From Methanomicrobiales archaeon (GTDB taxonomy: Archaea > Halobacteriota > Methanomicrobia > Methanomicrobiales > Methanospirillaceae): a stretch of 64,000 bases of DNA. The translations under genes were made by a program, and so were the position numbers. Positions within the stretch are counted from its first letter, which is position 1. The number at the start of each line of letters is the position of its first letter. The notes beneath the pieces are model-generated. The model was given only the letters and a program-made list of their open reading frames with translations. It searched no databases and had not been told where the DNA came from. The stretch covers positions 1 to 64,000 of the forward strand of contig JBAXJR010000007.1 of NCBI GenBank assembly GCA_037137755.1, read 5' to 3'. This document shows positions 31,306-41,749 of this stretch, one piece after another.

Positions 31306-32220
31306 TTATTTTTGGGCAACTTCATTACGGACGATTCGTGTTGCAGCGACCATATTCGTTAATTTTGCGAAGGCCACATCCCTGGTCTGCATCCTGAGTC
31401 CACAGTCAGGGTCGATCAGCAGCTGTTCCGGTGAGAATAGTTCAAGACCTTTCCGGATCCGGGACTCGATAGTTGCCGTACTTTCAACCACAGGGCTGGA
31501 AGAATCAACACAGCCATACCCTAGCATTTTTCCTTGTAAGTCCTTTCCCGACAGCAGGTCGAGGTTACCGGGATCCTTTGCAAATTCGAGATCGATAATA
31601 TCGACCGGCATGGAAAGGACCTCATCGATAACGCTCCCAAGGCCTCCGCAGACATGGAGACATACGGGTATAGTAACTCCCGTGGCAATCCGTTGCAGGG
31701 CCTCACGGCCCGTTGAAAGGTCTGCAGCACCTGTTGAAAAGATGGGCTCATCGATCTGAATCATGCAGACTCCGGTTTCCGCCAGACCCTGCACTTCCCT
31801 GGCGATTGCCACCGACAGGTCGAGGGCAAGTTCCTCCTTGTTCCGGTAGACTTTCGAAGAGAGGTGGAGTGCATGGGCAAGGGTGGTGGGACCGGTTACG
31901 ATACCCTTGACCAGTGCGTTCCTGCCGAGTGCAAACCTCGTATCGGCCGCCGTGATCGTTGTTTCTGCGGGGAGCACTTTTCCAATCACTTCCTGGCCCT
32001 TGATCCCCGGGAGGCTGTTCGTGAACAGGTGGACCATGTCCCCTCTTACCTGTCCGTCAGAGATAATATTGATTCCAGCCGCAATCTGCTCTTCAACGGC
32101 AGTTTTCACGGCAAAGGAAAGGGGGTCAAAAAGTGACCTGATCCCGTGGCCACGGACCACCGGGTAACTGCCCACCACGGTCGTGGGGAGCGGTACACCA
32201 AAAGACACAGCCTTTTTCAT
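31306..32220 (-). CDS. Core (MetE C-terminal-type) methionine synthase
   Basis: TTVVGSYP, SDGQ, QIDEP, HVC, DPDCGL zinc ligands. Confidence 0.88.
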   Translation of the reverse strand: MKKAVSFGVPLPTTVVGSYPVVRGHGIRSLFDPLSFAVKTAVEEQIAAGINIISDGQVRGDMVHLFTNSLPGIKGQEVIGKVLPAETTITAADTRFALGRNALVKGIVTGPTTLAHALHLSSKVYRNKEELALDLSVAIAREVQGLAETGVCMIQIDEPIFSTGAADLSTGREALQRIATGVTIPVCLHVCGGLGSVIDEVLSMPVDIIDLEFAKDPGNLDLLSGKDLQGKMLGYGCVDSSSPVVESTATIESRIRKGLELFSPEQLLIDPDCGLRMQTRDVAFAKLTNMVAATRIVRNEVAQK

Positions 32221-33509
32221 GGCACCAGCCGGTGACGGTCCCTCGGGAACAGCACAGCCTCACGGATATTGGATAGGCCGAGCATGGTCATGACAAGCCG
32301 CTCCGCACCAAGCCCCCATCCTGCATGGGGCGGCATCCCGTACCTGAAGGGGTTCAGGTAAAACTCGAAACTTTCTGAAGACAACCCTTTTGCACGTATC
32401 TGGTGGACGAGCTGGTCATGCTGGTGGACACGCTGTGCGCCACTCGAGAGCTCCATCCTCGGGTGCATGAGGTCGAAGGCCTTGCAAACGGACGGGTCAT
32501 CCTCGTACGGCATGGCATAATAGGGTTTTATCGCTGTTGGCCAGTCGGTAATGAAATAATGCACCCCCATCTTCTCCCCGATTGCCTTCTCTGAGACCGT
32601 CCCGATGTCGTCACCGTATTTGATGTCCTCCCCGGTAACCTTCTTCGCGATCTCAATCGCTTCGGGATACGGGAGTCTCGGGAACGAAGGTTCCGGAATA
32701 GTGAAATCCTGGATCTCAAGGGCTGCCAGCTGGTCGCCACACTGGTCGGCCACCGTTTTGTAGGTCGTGATGACCAGGTCTTCGAGGACCTTCATGACCT
32801 CGAGGTGGTCGGCAAACGAAACCTCCATGTCGATGGAAGTTGCTTCGTTGAGGTGCTTTGTCGTGTTATGCTCTTCAGCGCGGAATATAGGGCCAATCTC
32901 GAACACCTTCTCGAACCCTGCGGCCATCATCATCTGCTTGTAGAGCTGCGGGCTCTGGTTCAGGAATGCCTCGCGCTCGAAATAGGCAATCGGGAAGAGC
33001 TCGGTCCCACCTTCTGTGGCGGCGGCGACAATTTTTGGTGTCGTGATGTTAACAAACCCGCGTGAGAAGAAGAAATCGTAGGCCGCCCGTGTAACGGTGC
33101 TCCTGATATGGAACACCGCACTGACACGAGGCCTGCGTGCATCGAGGAACCTCGCATCAAGCCGGGTGTCAAGATCTGCGGGTACCTTTTCGACAACATC
33201 GAGGGGCATCGGGCTCGCGCTCAGGCTGATGATCTCGAAGGATTCCGGTACGAGCTCCCTGCCCCCCGGGGCCTTATCGATTGGCTTGACCGGTCCGGAA
33301 ACCCGGACCACCGACTCGCGGGATACTGCTTTCACGGCAGCAAGTACCGATTCTGACGCTTTCTTTTTGGGTATTGTGACCTGGATGATGCCGGTCCTGT
33401 CACGGATAAGTAAAAATGTAAGGCCCCCGAGGTCACGCACTTCGTGGACCCAGCCGATAATCTCTGCCTCACCGGTATCCGGATGAACGGCATGTATTGG
33501 TATACGCAT
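32217..33509 (-). CDS. aspS: Aspartate--tRNA(Asp/Asn) ligase
   Basis: [37 protein letters not shown]; KAPGG loop consistent with the non-discriminating type. Confidence 0.95.
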   Translation of the reverse strand: MRIPIHAVHPDTGEAEIIGWVHEVRDLGGLTFLLIRDRTGIIQVTIPKKKASESVLAAVKAVSRESVVRVSGPVKPIDKAPGGRELVPESFEIISLSASPMPLDVVEKVPADLDTRLDARFLDARRPRVSAVFHIRSTVTRAAYDFFFSRGFVNITTPKIVAAATEGGTELFPIAYFEREAFLNQSPQLYKQMMMAAGFEKVFEIGPIFRAEEHNTTKHLNEATSIDMEVSFADHLEVMKVLEDLVITTYKTVADQCGDQLAALEIQDFTIPEPSFPRLPYPEAIEIAKKVTGEDIKYGDDIGTVSEKAIGEKMGVHYFITDWPTAIKPYYAMPYEDDPSVCKAFDLMHPRMELSSGAQRVHQHDQLVHQIRAKGLSSESFEFYLNPFRYGMPPHAGWGLGAERLVMTMLGLSNIREAVLFPRDRHRLVP

Positions 33510-33626
33510 ATCAAATCCAGTACAGATGAAACGTGAGAGGTAATTGTTTTTGCGGGGTGACACCCGGCGGGAAAAAAATATGGGGGACGAGAATTCCCGG
33601 CAGGGCCACGGGAAGAGATCCCCGGA

Positions 33627-34604
33627 TTACCCGTTAAAAATGTTATCCAGAATTAACTCCTCGGTTGATGCCTGTTTTTCAATGGCAGATCTCCAGTGTT
33701 CGGGTTTCTCCCACCGGTACCAGTCCTGCATTGCCATCATGACCAGCCACCGGTTGGTAATGTCAATACCACACTCGTAGAGATCGTAATACAAATCAGG
33801 GCCGGGATTTTTATTGAAATCTGAGTTGAGGCTGAGCTTGAGGATATTTGACATCGCATCGCCTACGACTTTCGTATGGTACCAGTGAGAACGGCTCCAG
33901 CGGTTGTCCATCATCTCTTTCATATCGAGTGCCCGGAACTGCTGGAGCTCCGGGATGTTGATCATGGGGTTTAAGCGGTACTCAGACAGGGTATAGGCAA
34001 GGAGCATGTCCCGGGCATAGTAGATCGCGTTATGCATCACGTAATAACGCTGTGGCAGGCTCTCGTTTGCCTTTTCAAGGGCATGCATCTCGTACATGCT
34101 CTCCCTCATCAGGAGGTACACCTGTGAATTCCTCATCACCGGAAATTTCTTCGAGATGTAGATATTTGAGAGAATTGACCATGGTACCTCGGAGAGCGTG
34201 TTCCTGAAGAGTAAAAAGAGGTGGAACAGAAGTTTTTTCCGTTGCGCGATCTCAAGGCCCCTTGTATTTTCGTCCTTTAATACATCGAAATAGACCTGTT
34301 TCATCCCTTCGCCTGCAGACATATCGTCAAATGACAGTACCTGCAACTCCCCTTTCCCGGACGCAATACCCTTGAATAATAACTCGATGCAGTTTTTGGT
34401 GATAACAAAATCCTTGAGCATACCGAGTTCGTTGCTCGAGAACAGGATCAGGTTTTTCCCGGTCCCATAGGTGTAATCATCAACCAGGAGTCCCTGGTCA
34501 GGGATGTTGTCCTGGCGCCGCAACGTGATCCCTATCCCCAGCAGGTCTTCGACATGACCGATCAGTTCAGTCAGTTCATCGGAGAGATTGTAGGGGCTGC
34601 TCAT
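33627..34604 (-). CDS. Hypothetical protein
   Basis: 325 aa ORF with normal codon usage, no recognised motif. Confidence 0.75.
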   Translation of the reverse strand: MSSPYNLSDELTELIGHVEDLLGIGITLRRQDNIPDQGLLVDDYTYGTGKNLILFSSNELGMLKDFVITKNCIELLFKGIASGKGELQVLSFDDMSAGEGMKQVYFDVLKDENTRGLEIAQRKKLLFHLFLLFRNTLSEVPWSILSNIYISKKFPVMRNSQVYLLMRESMYEMHALEKANESLPQRYYVMHNAIYYARDMLLAYTLSEYRLNPMINIPELQQFRALDMKEMMDNRWSRSHWYHTKVVGDAMSNILKLSLNSDFNKNPGPDLYYDLYECGIDITNRWLVMMAMQDWYRWEKPEHWRSAIEKQASTEELILDNIFNG

Positions 34605-34916
34605 TAAGAATCACGTCCGGGATCAGGGGATATGGTGTCCTGGTGTTTAATCGTCTAACACGGTCACAAGGGGCAAATCTACACCCTGACTTCGTTATTC
34701 TTTCTATATCTTTTTAGAGTGGAATAAATTTTTCATTAGGCATGGCAAATAGCCGGGATATCAGGCCCGGGAAAATTCCTGGTATTTCCTGGAAAAAGAT
34801 AGAATTTCAAAGGTATTTTCACCCGGTGATATAAAATCACCCGCACCCCGGTATTCCAGTTCTGCCCGGAAACCACTCCCAAAAAAGGGATATTCATACC
34901 AGAAAAACGGCAACAC

Positions 34917-35630
34917 CTATTCTTCGGGACTTCCGGTACCGGGAGTGGTCTGTCCCTCTTCCTGGTGGTACCGCCGGGAGGCCACCTGGATCGCTGAGCG
35001 GACTACCTGGGTGAATCCCGGGACTTCAGTCACGATAAAATGCCAGAGCAGGAACGGGTCAGCACCGAAACGTGCTTCGGCAATACTCTGGCTGATCCCC
35101 TCCACCTCCTTCCATGGTGCACCCGGGAACATGTCTTTTTGCGAGGCCGATATCCTCCGGACGGCGAGGCTCATGATCTGAAGGCTTCTTTCGCAGGCCC
35201 TGCGCAGTAATGACTCTCTCGCAAACGATTCGAAGGCCATCCCCTTGCACCGTGCCTGCAGGAAATCAAGTTCACCAAGGACCTGCATCAGTGCCTCCTG
35301 GTCCACTTCACCCATTTCGGGATCGAACGATGCCGCCGCGGGAGATTCCGCAAGCACCCGTGTTGTGATGAGGTTGATCCTCGTCGAAAAATACTCCTCA
35401 AGGTGCCATTTAAGGCCAAGGTAATGCCGGTATGTTTCAAACCCGGGAGAAAACTCTACCATCAGCTCAACCGCATCAACGGCAATTGCATCTCTCCGCG
35501 CGAACGCACCAAACATCCCGATTTTTTTAACCCCGTACATATTTTTTATTATTGGAAAAATCGTGTTAAGCCCGATTAGGACTTCTTCCGCCATTGAAAC
35601 ATCCGGCGCCCGTATTCCTGGTGTGACCAT
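34917..35630 (-). CDS. Fused MNT (nucleotidyltransferase)-HEPN/DUF86-like protein, degenerate
   Basis: YGVKKIGMFGAFAR..VEF N-domain; RACERSLQI...FPGAPWK..FG.D..LLW C-domain. Confidence 0.75.
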   Translation of the reverse strand: MVTPGIRAPDVSMAEEVLIGLNTIFPIIKNMYGVKKIGMFGAFARRDAIAVDAVELMVEFSPGFETYRHYLGLKWHLEEYFSTRINLITTRVLAESPAAASFDPEMGEVDQEALMQVLGELDFLQARCKGMAFESFARESLLRRACERSLQIMSLAVRRISASQKDMFPGAPWKEVEGISQSIAEARFGADPFLLWHFIVTEVPGFTQVVRSAIQVASRRYHQEEGQTTPGTGSPEE

Positions 35631-35764
35631 TCCTCTCCCCTTGTCAGAACGAATTTTCAGTTATAACAACTTAAACCCTCTATTGGTGTCAGGTAGATCA
35701 CGGGGACGATTGCGTGGTAAGAAGAAAGTTCTCCTTAACGCGCCCTCCCCCTGAACTCCCTGGT

Positions 35765-36673
35765 TCACCCATTATGTGCATTTATTTGCCGGAAAATCCC
35801 TTCGGCGAGATCCCTGCTCTTCTCTTCGCTTGTCATCATGGTATCAAGACGGATCGCACCCGGAACTGTCACGGTGTCCCGTTCGTCCTGCACGAACAGG
35901 TCGAGGAAATCCCGGTACAATTCCCATGTACCCAGTGATGACGGGGAGAATCCCTTCGCCTTCATGAGTTCCCCTGCCGGGCCGCTGAAGGGGGCCTCCC
36001 CGATAAACGGGCTTACAGCGACCACGTACTGTTCACGCAACGCCTCCCGGACGCCCTGGCATTCAAGGATAGGAAGGATACTCGTAACGGGGTTGCTCGG
36101 CCCGATTATCACGGCATCCGCCTCGGTAATCGCCCTGATCACATCTTCGGTTGCGGGAGGGGGTATTTCCGGGACCCGTTTCACCGCATCAACCGGGATA
36201 GAACCCCTGCACCGTACCCAGTACTCCTGGAAATGTATGTAAACGCCCGACGACCTGACCATGGTGGCAACTGCAGAATCGGTCATAGGGAGCACCCCTG
36301 CCTTGATACCCATGTTCCTGCACAGGATGGTGGTCGCCTCGGTAAGGGATTTACCCCGGGTGAGGAGATCTGCACGTGCAATCTGAACCGCACGGTCACG
36401 GTCACCGATCGCAATATACTCGTCGATCCCGAGGTCAAGGAGGGCCTTGTGAGTGAGGAAGGTATCCCCGGCAATCCCCCACCAGGTCTCCGTATTGAGA
36501 ATTCCGGCGAAGAGGTACATCACCGTATCAATATCAGGTGACAGGTGTGCGCCGGATATCCAGACATCTTCTGCGGTGTTCACCACGACATTGATCTTCT
36601 GGTCACTGGTATGGCACCGGACACCACGGAGGAGTTTTGGTGTGCCAGTCCCGCCGGATAGTAAGGTAATCAT
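35765..36673 (-). CDS. cofD: 2-phospho-L-lactate transferase
   Basis: [33 protein letters not shown]. Confidence 0.93.
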   Translation of the reverse strand: MITLLSGGTGTPKLLRGVRCHTSDQKINVVVNTAEDVWISGAHLSPDIDTVMYLFAGILNTETWWGIAGDTFLTHKALLDLGIDEYIAIGDRDRAVQIARADLLTRGKSLTEATTILCRNMGIKAGVLPMTDSAVATMVRSSGVYIHFQEYWVRCRGSIPVDAVKRVPEIPPPATEDVIRAITEADAVIIGPSNPVTSILPILECQGVREALREQYVVAVSPFIGEAPFSGPAGELMKAKGFSPSSLGTWELYRDFLDLFVQDERDTVTVPGAIRLDTMMTSEEKSRDLAEGIFRQINAHNG

Positions 36674-36725
36674 TACTCAATAGGTTTATCTTCTCTATAT
36701 CAAGACTCTTTAGCGGTCACGAGGG

Positions 36726-37931
36726 ATGAAATCGATCAAGGACCCGGTCCACGGGTATGTGGAGGTTGATACCCCAGCCATCACGCTGCTTGACTCCCCC
36801 CTGCTCCAGAGGCTCCGCCACATCAAGCAACTGGGTTTCTCTTATCTTGTCTACCCGGGAGCGAACCACACCCGGTTTGAACACTCGCTTGGCACGATGC
36901 ACCTCGCCGGGGTGATGTGCCGCCAGCTCGGGGTGCCGGAATACGACCGTCTCCTTATCGTAACGGCGGCACTCCTCCATGATATCGGGCATGGGCCCTT
37001 TTCCCACTCGATTGAGCCGGCAATGGAAGAGCTGACCGGCCGGAGCCACCACCGGATCGGAAACCTGCTGAAATCCGACTCCCTTGCCCCCCTGCTTGAA
37101 ACAATCGGGGTGGACAGGAACGAGCTCGGAGAAGTCCTTGCAGGGGAACACCAGTTATCAGGGATTATCCACGGGGAACTTGATGTCGACCGGATGGACT
37201 ACCTGCTGCGGGACGCCCACTATACGGGTGTCCCGTACGGGACGGTCGATGCCCAGCGGCTCATCAGGAGCACGCTTCTTTCAGAGGAAGGTATCGTTAT
37301 CCATGAAAGCGGGATTAATGCAGCCGAATCGCTCCTGATTGCGAGGACACTGATGAGGCCTGCCGTCTATTTCCACCACGTCAGCAGGATTGCAGAGACA
37401 ATGTTCAACCATGCTGTGTTACGCCACCTGGGAAACAAGTCGCCCTCCGAGGTAACCGGGATGATGTACATGGATGATGTCTCCTGCATTCACGCTCTCC
37501 GTACGTCAGAGAGCAGCGTCGCAAGGGAATTTGCTGAAAGGATATTCTGCCGCCAGCTCTACAAGAGGGCACTCTACGTGGGCCGCGAGCAGGTCAACGC
37601 TAAGGCGATTACAGAATACCGGGGGATCCCGGCACAGAGGGAGATCGCGGAAGAAATTGCAGGGATCGCAGGGGTAGACCCGTCAAAGATACTGGTTGAT
37701 ATCCCGGAGCTCCCGTCAGGGATGTCGCTCCATGTACAGGTTAAAAACCGGCACCGGGTAATGGAACTTGCCGAAGTGTCACCGCTCCTGAATACCCTCA
37801 ATGACAACCGGCTGGAACAATGGCGACTCGGCGTATATACTCCCCCGGAACTGACCGATGAAATCGAGATCATTGCATCATCGGTCTTCCATGTGAAACC
37901 GGTAACCCTGCAGGATAAATTACATGTTTAA
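36726..37931 (+). CDS. HD-domain phosphohydrolase
   Basis: DPVHG, HTRFEHSLG, LLHDIGHGPFSH, DVDRMDY. Confidence 0.9.
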   Translation: MKSIKDPVHGYVEVDTPAITLLDSPLLQRLRHIKQLGFSYLVYPGANHTRFEHSLGTMHLAGVMCRQLGVPEYDRLLIVTAALLHDIGHGPFSHSIEPAMEELTGRSHHRIGNLLKSDSLAPLLETIGVDRNELGEVLAGEHQLSGIIHGELDVDRMDYLLRDAHYTGVPYGTVDAQRLIRSTLLSEEGIVIHESGINAAESLLIARTLMRPAVYFHHVSRIAETMFNHAVLRHLGNKSPSEVTGMMYMDDVSCIHALRTSESSVAREFAERIFCRQLYKRALYVGREQVNAKAITEYRGIPAQREIAEEIAGIAGVDPSKILVDIPELPSGMSLHVQVKNRHRVMELAEVSPLLNTLNDNRLEQWRLGVYTPPELTDEIEIIASSVFHVKPVTLQDKLHV

Positions 37932-38010
37932 CCCGGTGGTGCCCTGCCCCCGGAAAAAAACGGAAGCCTAAATAGCGATAAAAGAACATCTCACAACGAG
38001 GGGGTTTTTA

Positions 38011-38454
38011 GTGACCGAAGACTGGATTATCATATTGACCGGAGTCATCGCGGTAGCAATTGTCATTTGTATTGTCTACCTCTATACCAACGGCCGTGAA
38101 CGAAAGATTATCGTGGACCGTCATAAACTGAAAGTGTACCAGGAGTTTTTCCACGCGGTAACAGACCTCAATACTGCAGGAAGTGATCCTGACCGGCTGA
38201 TCCGGGCAAAGATGAGGCTGGCCTACATCCTTGATACGATGAACCTCGTATCAGGACCAGAGGTCCTTAAATCTATCAATGATTTTCTTGATTTCCTGAA
38301 CGAGTGTGCGGATGGCGATTGTGACGTGCTCAAGGAATTGAATATCCTCAATGCCATTGTCCGGGACATGAGGGATGAACTTGACCGGAAGGGGTCGAGG
38401 GGACTCGATGAGTCAGAGTTCAGGTTCAGGTTCTTTATCCCGAAAAACCGGTGA
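38011..38454 (+). CDS. Hypothetical protein with N-terminal TM anchor
   Basis: SD GAGGGGG before GTG; hydrophobic residues 5-25. Confidence 0.65.
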   Translation: MTEDWIIILTGVIAVAIVICIVYLYTNGRERKIIVDRHKLKVYQEFFHAVTDLNTAGSDPDRLIRAKMRLAYILDTMNLVSGPEVLKSINDFLDFLNECADGDCDVLKELNILNAIVRDMRDELDRKGSRGLDESEFRFRFFIPKNR

Positions 38455-38697
38455 ATAGTAAAAATAATAGAAAATTTCCATTTTTTTAGGCCGGCTGAAA
38501 CACTATTCCAATCGAATTTGGGGTTGCATAAGTTCTTTCATCAGAAAATCTCACTGTATTGTAGAACCGGGGATGCCCGGTACCTTACCGTTGTGTCCTT
38601 TGGATTCGGGTTAACAGAATCCACTACAAGGGGGACCTTTGAGTGGTGCCGGGAGATGTCCCTGTCATATCATTCATGTAGGTGACCGGGAGTGACA

Positions 38698-39252
38698 ATG
38701 AAGAGGACATTCGTTGTTGGGGTGACAGGGGCAAGTGGCGTGGTATATGCGAAACGGCTCCTTGATGTGCTCTGCGAGGAGGAGAACGTCCACCTGATAA
38801 CAACAAGAATTGCACGGGACATTGCCCGCCATGAAGGTGTGGCCCTTGACAGGTACAACGCGGTGTATCATGATGAGGACGGGATGGGTGCAGGAATTGC
38901 AAGCGGTTCATTCCGGCATGACGGCATGGTGGTCGTCCCCTGCACGATGAAGACCCTTGCTGCCATCAGTAATGGTTTTGCTGACAACCTGATCACGCGG
39001 GCTGCAGATGTCAGCCTGAAAGAAGGGAGAACGTGTATTCTCGTACCCCGTGAGATGCCCCTCTCACGCATTCACTTGAAAAACATGCTCGCTGCAAGTG
39101 AATCGGGCGCCACGATCATGGTCGCAAGTCCGGGGTTCTATCACCACCCGAAGACTATCGATGACCTTGTGGACATGGTAGTTGCAAGGATTCTCGACCA
39201 CTTATCAGTTGAGCATTCCCTTTCTTCCCGGTGGAGTGGTTACGATGCGTGA
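38698..39252 (+). CDS. ubiX: Flavin prenyltransferase
   Basis: GVTGASG, IASGS, PCTMKTLA, RAADV, PREMP, PGFY. Confidence 0.93.
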   Translation: MKRTFVVGVTGASGVVYAKRLLDVLCEEENVHLITTRIARDIARHEGVALDRYNAVYHDEDGMGAGIASGSFRHDGMVVVPCTMKTLAAISNGFADNLITRAADVSLKEGRTCILVPREMPLSRIHLKNMLAASESGATIMVASPGFYHHPKTIDDLVDMVVARILDHLSVEHSLSSRWSGYDA

Positions 39253-40480
39253 TTTCATAGAATTAATGCGCGAAGCAGGGGAAGTCACCGATATCGATCA
39301 GCCCGTTGATATCAGGTTTGAAGCCCCTAAAATGGCGGCAAAAACAGACAAATTACTCTTCTTCCATAACGCGGCAGGTCATGCGGCGGTGATGAATGTG
39401 ACCGTTACTAGAAAAGCCCTCTCCCTCGCACTCGGGATAAAAGAGTCAGAAATCGTAAAAGACCTGTCGACCAGGGAATGTAGCGGCCGTGTTGCCGAGG
39501 AAGGGGACCTGAAGATGAGCAAGCCGGATTTCTCTTCGATCCCTGTAATGACTCATTTTCCGAAGGATGCAGGTCCCTATATTACGTCAGGGATCGTCTT
39601 CTCCCGGTACGGGGACGTTGAAAACGCGTCCATTCACCGGATGCTCGTCCTTGATAACGACCATGTAGCCGCACGTCTTGTTGAGGGCCGCCATACCCAT
39701 ACTCTCCTAAAAAGAGCGCTTGCGGAAGGAAAGGAACTCCCGGTGGCCATGGCCATCGGTGTGCACCCGGCGGTCACCTTTGCAAGCTGCTCGCGGGTCG
39801 CATGGGGCGATGAACTCGCATTTGCAGCAACATTACTCGGAGGCGAACTCCCTGTGCGAAGGTGTTCAAACGGGGTGCTTGTCCCGGATGCCGAGATTGT
39901 GCTGGAAGGATATATCGGGAGTGAACGGCATGCAGAAGGACCATTTGTCGATATTACCGGGACATACGATATCATCAGGAACGAGCCGGTCATCAGGTTC
40001 ACCGGGATGAACCAAAAGAAAGGGGCAATTTACCATGGGATCCTTCCCGGCGGCAACGAGCACAAGCTCCTGATGGGTGCCCCCTATGAGCCGAAAATAT
40101 ATCATGCCGTGGCAGGCGTTACCGACGTAAAAAATGTCAGCCTTACCCGTGGCGGGTGCGGTTATCTCCATGCGGTTATCCAGATCCGGAAAAATACCGA
40201 AGGGGATGCGAAAAATGCAATTATGGCAGCGTTTGCCGCACATACCTCGTTAAAACATGTGGTGGTGGTCGATGACGACATTGATATTTTTAATCCTGAG
40301 GATGTCGAGTTCGCCATTGCGACAAGGGTCCGGGGAGACAAAGACCTCATGGTGATTACGGGTGTCCGGGGTTCTTCGCTCGACCCGTGCAGGCTTGAAA
40401 ACGGGACGAATGTAAAGATCGGTCTTGATGCCACCATGGAAATGGGCCGGGAAGCAAAATTTATCAGGGCCGGGTGGTAA
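39245..40480 (+). CDS. ubiD: UbiD-family decarboxylase (likely anhydromevalonate phosphate decarboxylase)
   Basis: DAGPYIT, EGPFVD.TG.Y, VDDDID, GSSLDP; between ubiX and AcnX. Confidence 0.88.
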   Translation: MRDFIELMREAGEVTDIDQPVDIRFEAPKMAAKTDKLLFFHNAAGHAAVMNVTVTRKALSLALGIKESEIVKDLSTRECSGRVAEEGDLKMSKPDFSSIPVMTHFPKDAGPYITSGIVFSRYGDVENASIHRMLVLDNDHVAARLVEGRHTHTLLKRALAEGKELPVAMAIGVHPAVTFASCSRVAWGDELAFAATLLGGELPVRRCSNGVLVPDAEIVLEGYIGSERHAEGPFVDITGTYDIIRNEPVIRFTGMNQKKGAIYHGILPGGNEHKLLMGAPYEPKIYHAVAGVTDVKNVSLTRGGCGYLHAVIQIRKNTEGDAKNAIMAAFAAHTSLKHVVVVDDDIDIFNPEDVEFAIATRVRGDKDLMVITGVRGSSLDPCRLENGTNVKIGLDATMEMGREAKFIRAGW

Positions 40481-40484
40481 CAGG

Positions 40485-41645
40485 ATGGAACTTGACCGGG
40501 AAGACGAACTAATTTTGGACGGGGAGTTCGGGGAGACCAGGAAGATGATGATGGAGATCCTGGTCGCTCTCGGCAAGGTATTCGAGGCGGAGCGGATGAT
40601 CCCCATCAGGAGTGCCCAGGTGAGCGGGGCGTCCTACAAGACAATAGGGGAATACGGGCTCCAGTGGCTGAAAGGTCTCGATGCACGTGCAGCTGTCCCC
40701 GCCGTCCTGAACCCGGTTGGAATGGACCGTGAACGGTGGCGGGAGATGGGGATCTCACCGGAATTTGCAAAAAAACAGGCAGAGGTGGTGTCGGCCTATG
40801 AACACCTTGGCATCCGCCTTGATTGTACCTGCACCCCGTATTACCTGACGATCACGCAGTATGGTGACCATATCTCCTGGTCGGAATCGTCGGCGGTGGC
40901 GTACTCAAATTCGGTAATCGGGGCGAGGACTAACCGTGAAGGTGGCCCGAGTGCACTTGCCGCCGCGATAATCGGGAAGACCCCGTATTACGGGTTGCAC
41001 ATTGTAGCAAACAGGAAACCCGGGCTGGTCATCGAGGTGGATGGGTCCGGAACACATGATACCTCCTGGTACGGTGCGCTCGGGTACATCGCCGGGAAGG
41101 AAGCCGGGAACCGGATACCATATTTCAGGGGTATCCGTCCTGACCGCGACCAGTTGAAAGCACTTGGCGCGGCAATGGCTGCAAGCGGGGCCGTTGCCCT
41201 GTTCCACGTGGATGGCATCACACCCGATTCAAAAGTGTTCACATATGACCTGAAAGGCCTGGATACCATCCCGGTGGCACAGGAAGAGATCAGCGACCTC
41301 TACAAGGATATCCCGGTGGATGCGGTGGCAATCGGGTGCCCTCACTGTTCCCCGGACGAACTTGGCACGATCGCTCACCTGCTCGAGGGGAAGCATGTAC
41401 ATAAACCCCTGTACGTATTTACCTCGAGGGCTGTCGCAGGAAACTCGCGTGGTTTTGTTGAGACCATTGAACGGAGCGGCGCCCGGGTATATGCCGATAC
41501 CTGCATGGTCGTCTCGCCCTGCATGGATACCTATAACGCGGTCATGGTAAACAGCGGGAAGGCGTTCACCTATGTCCCGAACATGTGCGGTGCGGCATCG
41601 CGGATCGGCACACTTGAAGAGTGCATTCACGTTGCATGTTCATGA
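40485..41645 (+). CDS. Aconitase X large subunit (likely phosphomevalonate dehydratase)
   Basis: CTCTPY, WSESSA, TNREGG, GCPHCS, DTCMVVSP, NSGK. Confidence 0.88.
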   Translation: MELDREDELILDGEFGETRKMMMEILVALGKVFEAERMIPIRSAQVSGASYKTIGEYGLQWLKGLDARAAVPAVLNPVGMDRERWREMGISPEFAKKQAEVVSAYEHLGIRLDCTCTPYYLTITQYGDHISWSESSAVAYSNSVIGARTNREGGPSALAAAIIGKTPYYGLHIVANRKPGLVIEVDGSGTHDTSWYGALGYIAGKEAGNRIPYFRGIRPDRDQLKALGAAMAASGAVALFHVDGITPDSKVFTYDLKGLDTIPVAQEEISDLYKDIPVDAVAIGCPHCSPDELGTIAHLLEGKHVHKPLYVFTSRAVAGNSRGFVETIERSGARVYADTCMVVSPCMDTYNAVMVNSGKAFTYVPNMCGAASRIGTLEECIHVACS

Positions 41646-41749
41646 GATCGGGTTGTAATCAGGAGGGACGATCCCAAAACCCAACCTGTGAAAAGGTCCG
41701 GATCGAAACTCATGATAATTTACCTGCAGGGGACGCAAAAAGCCATTAA

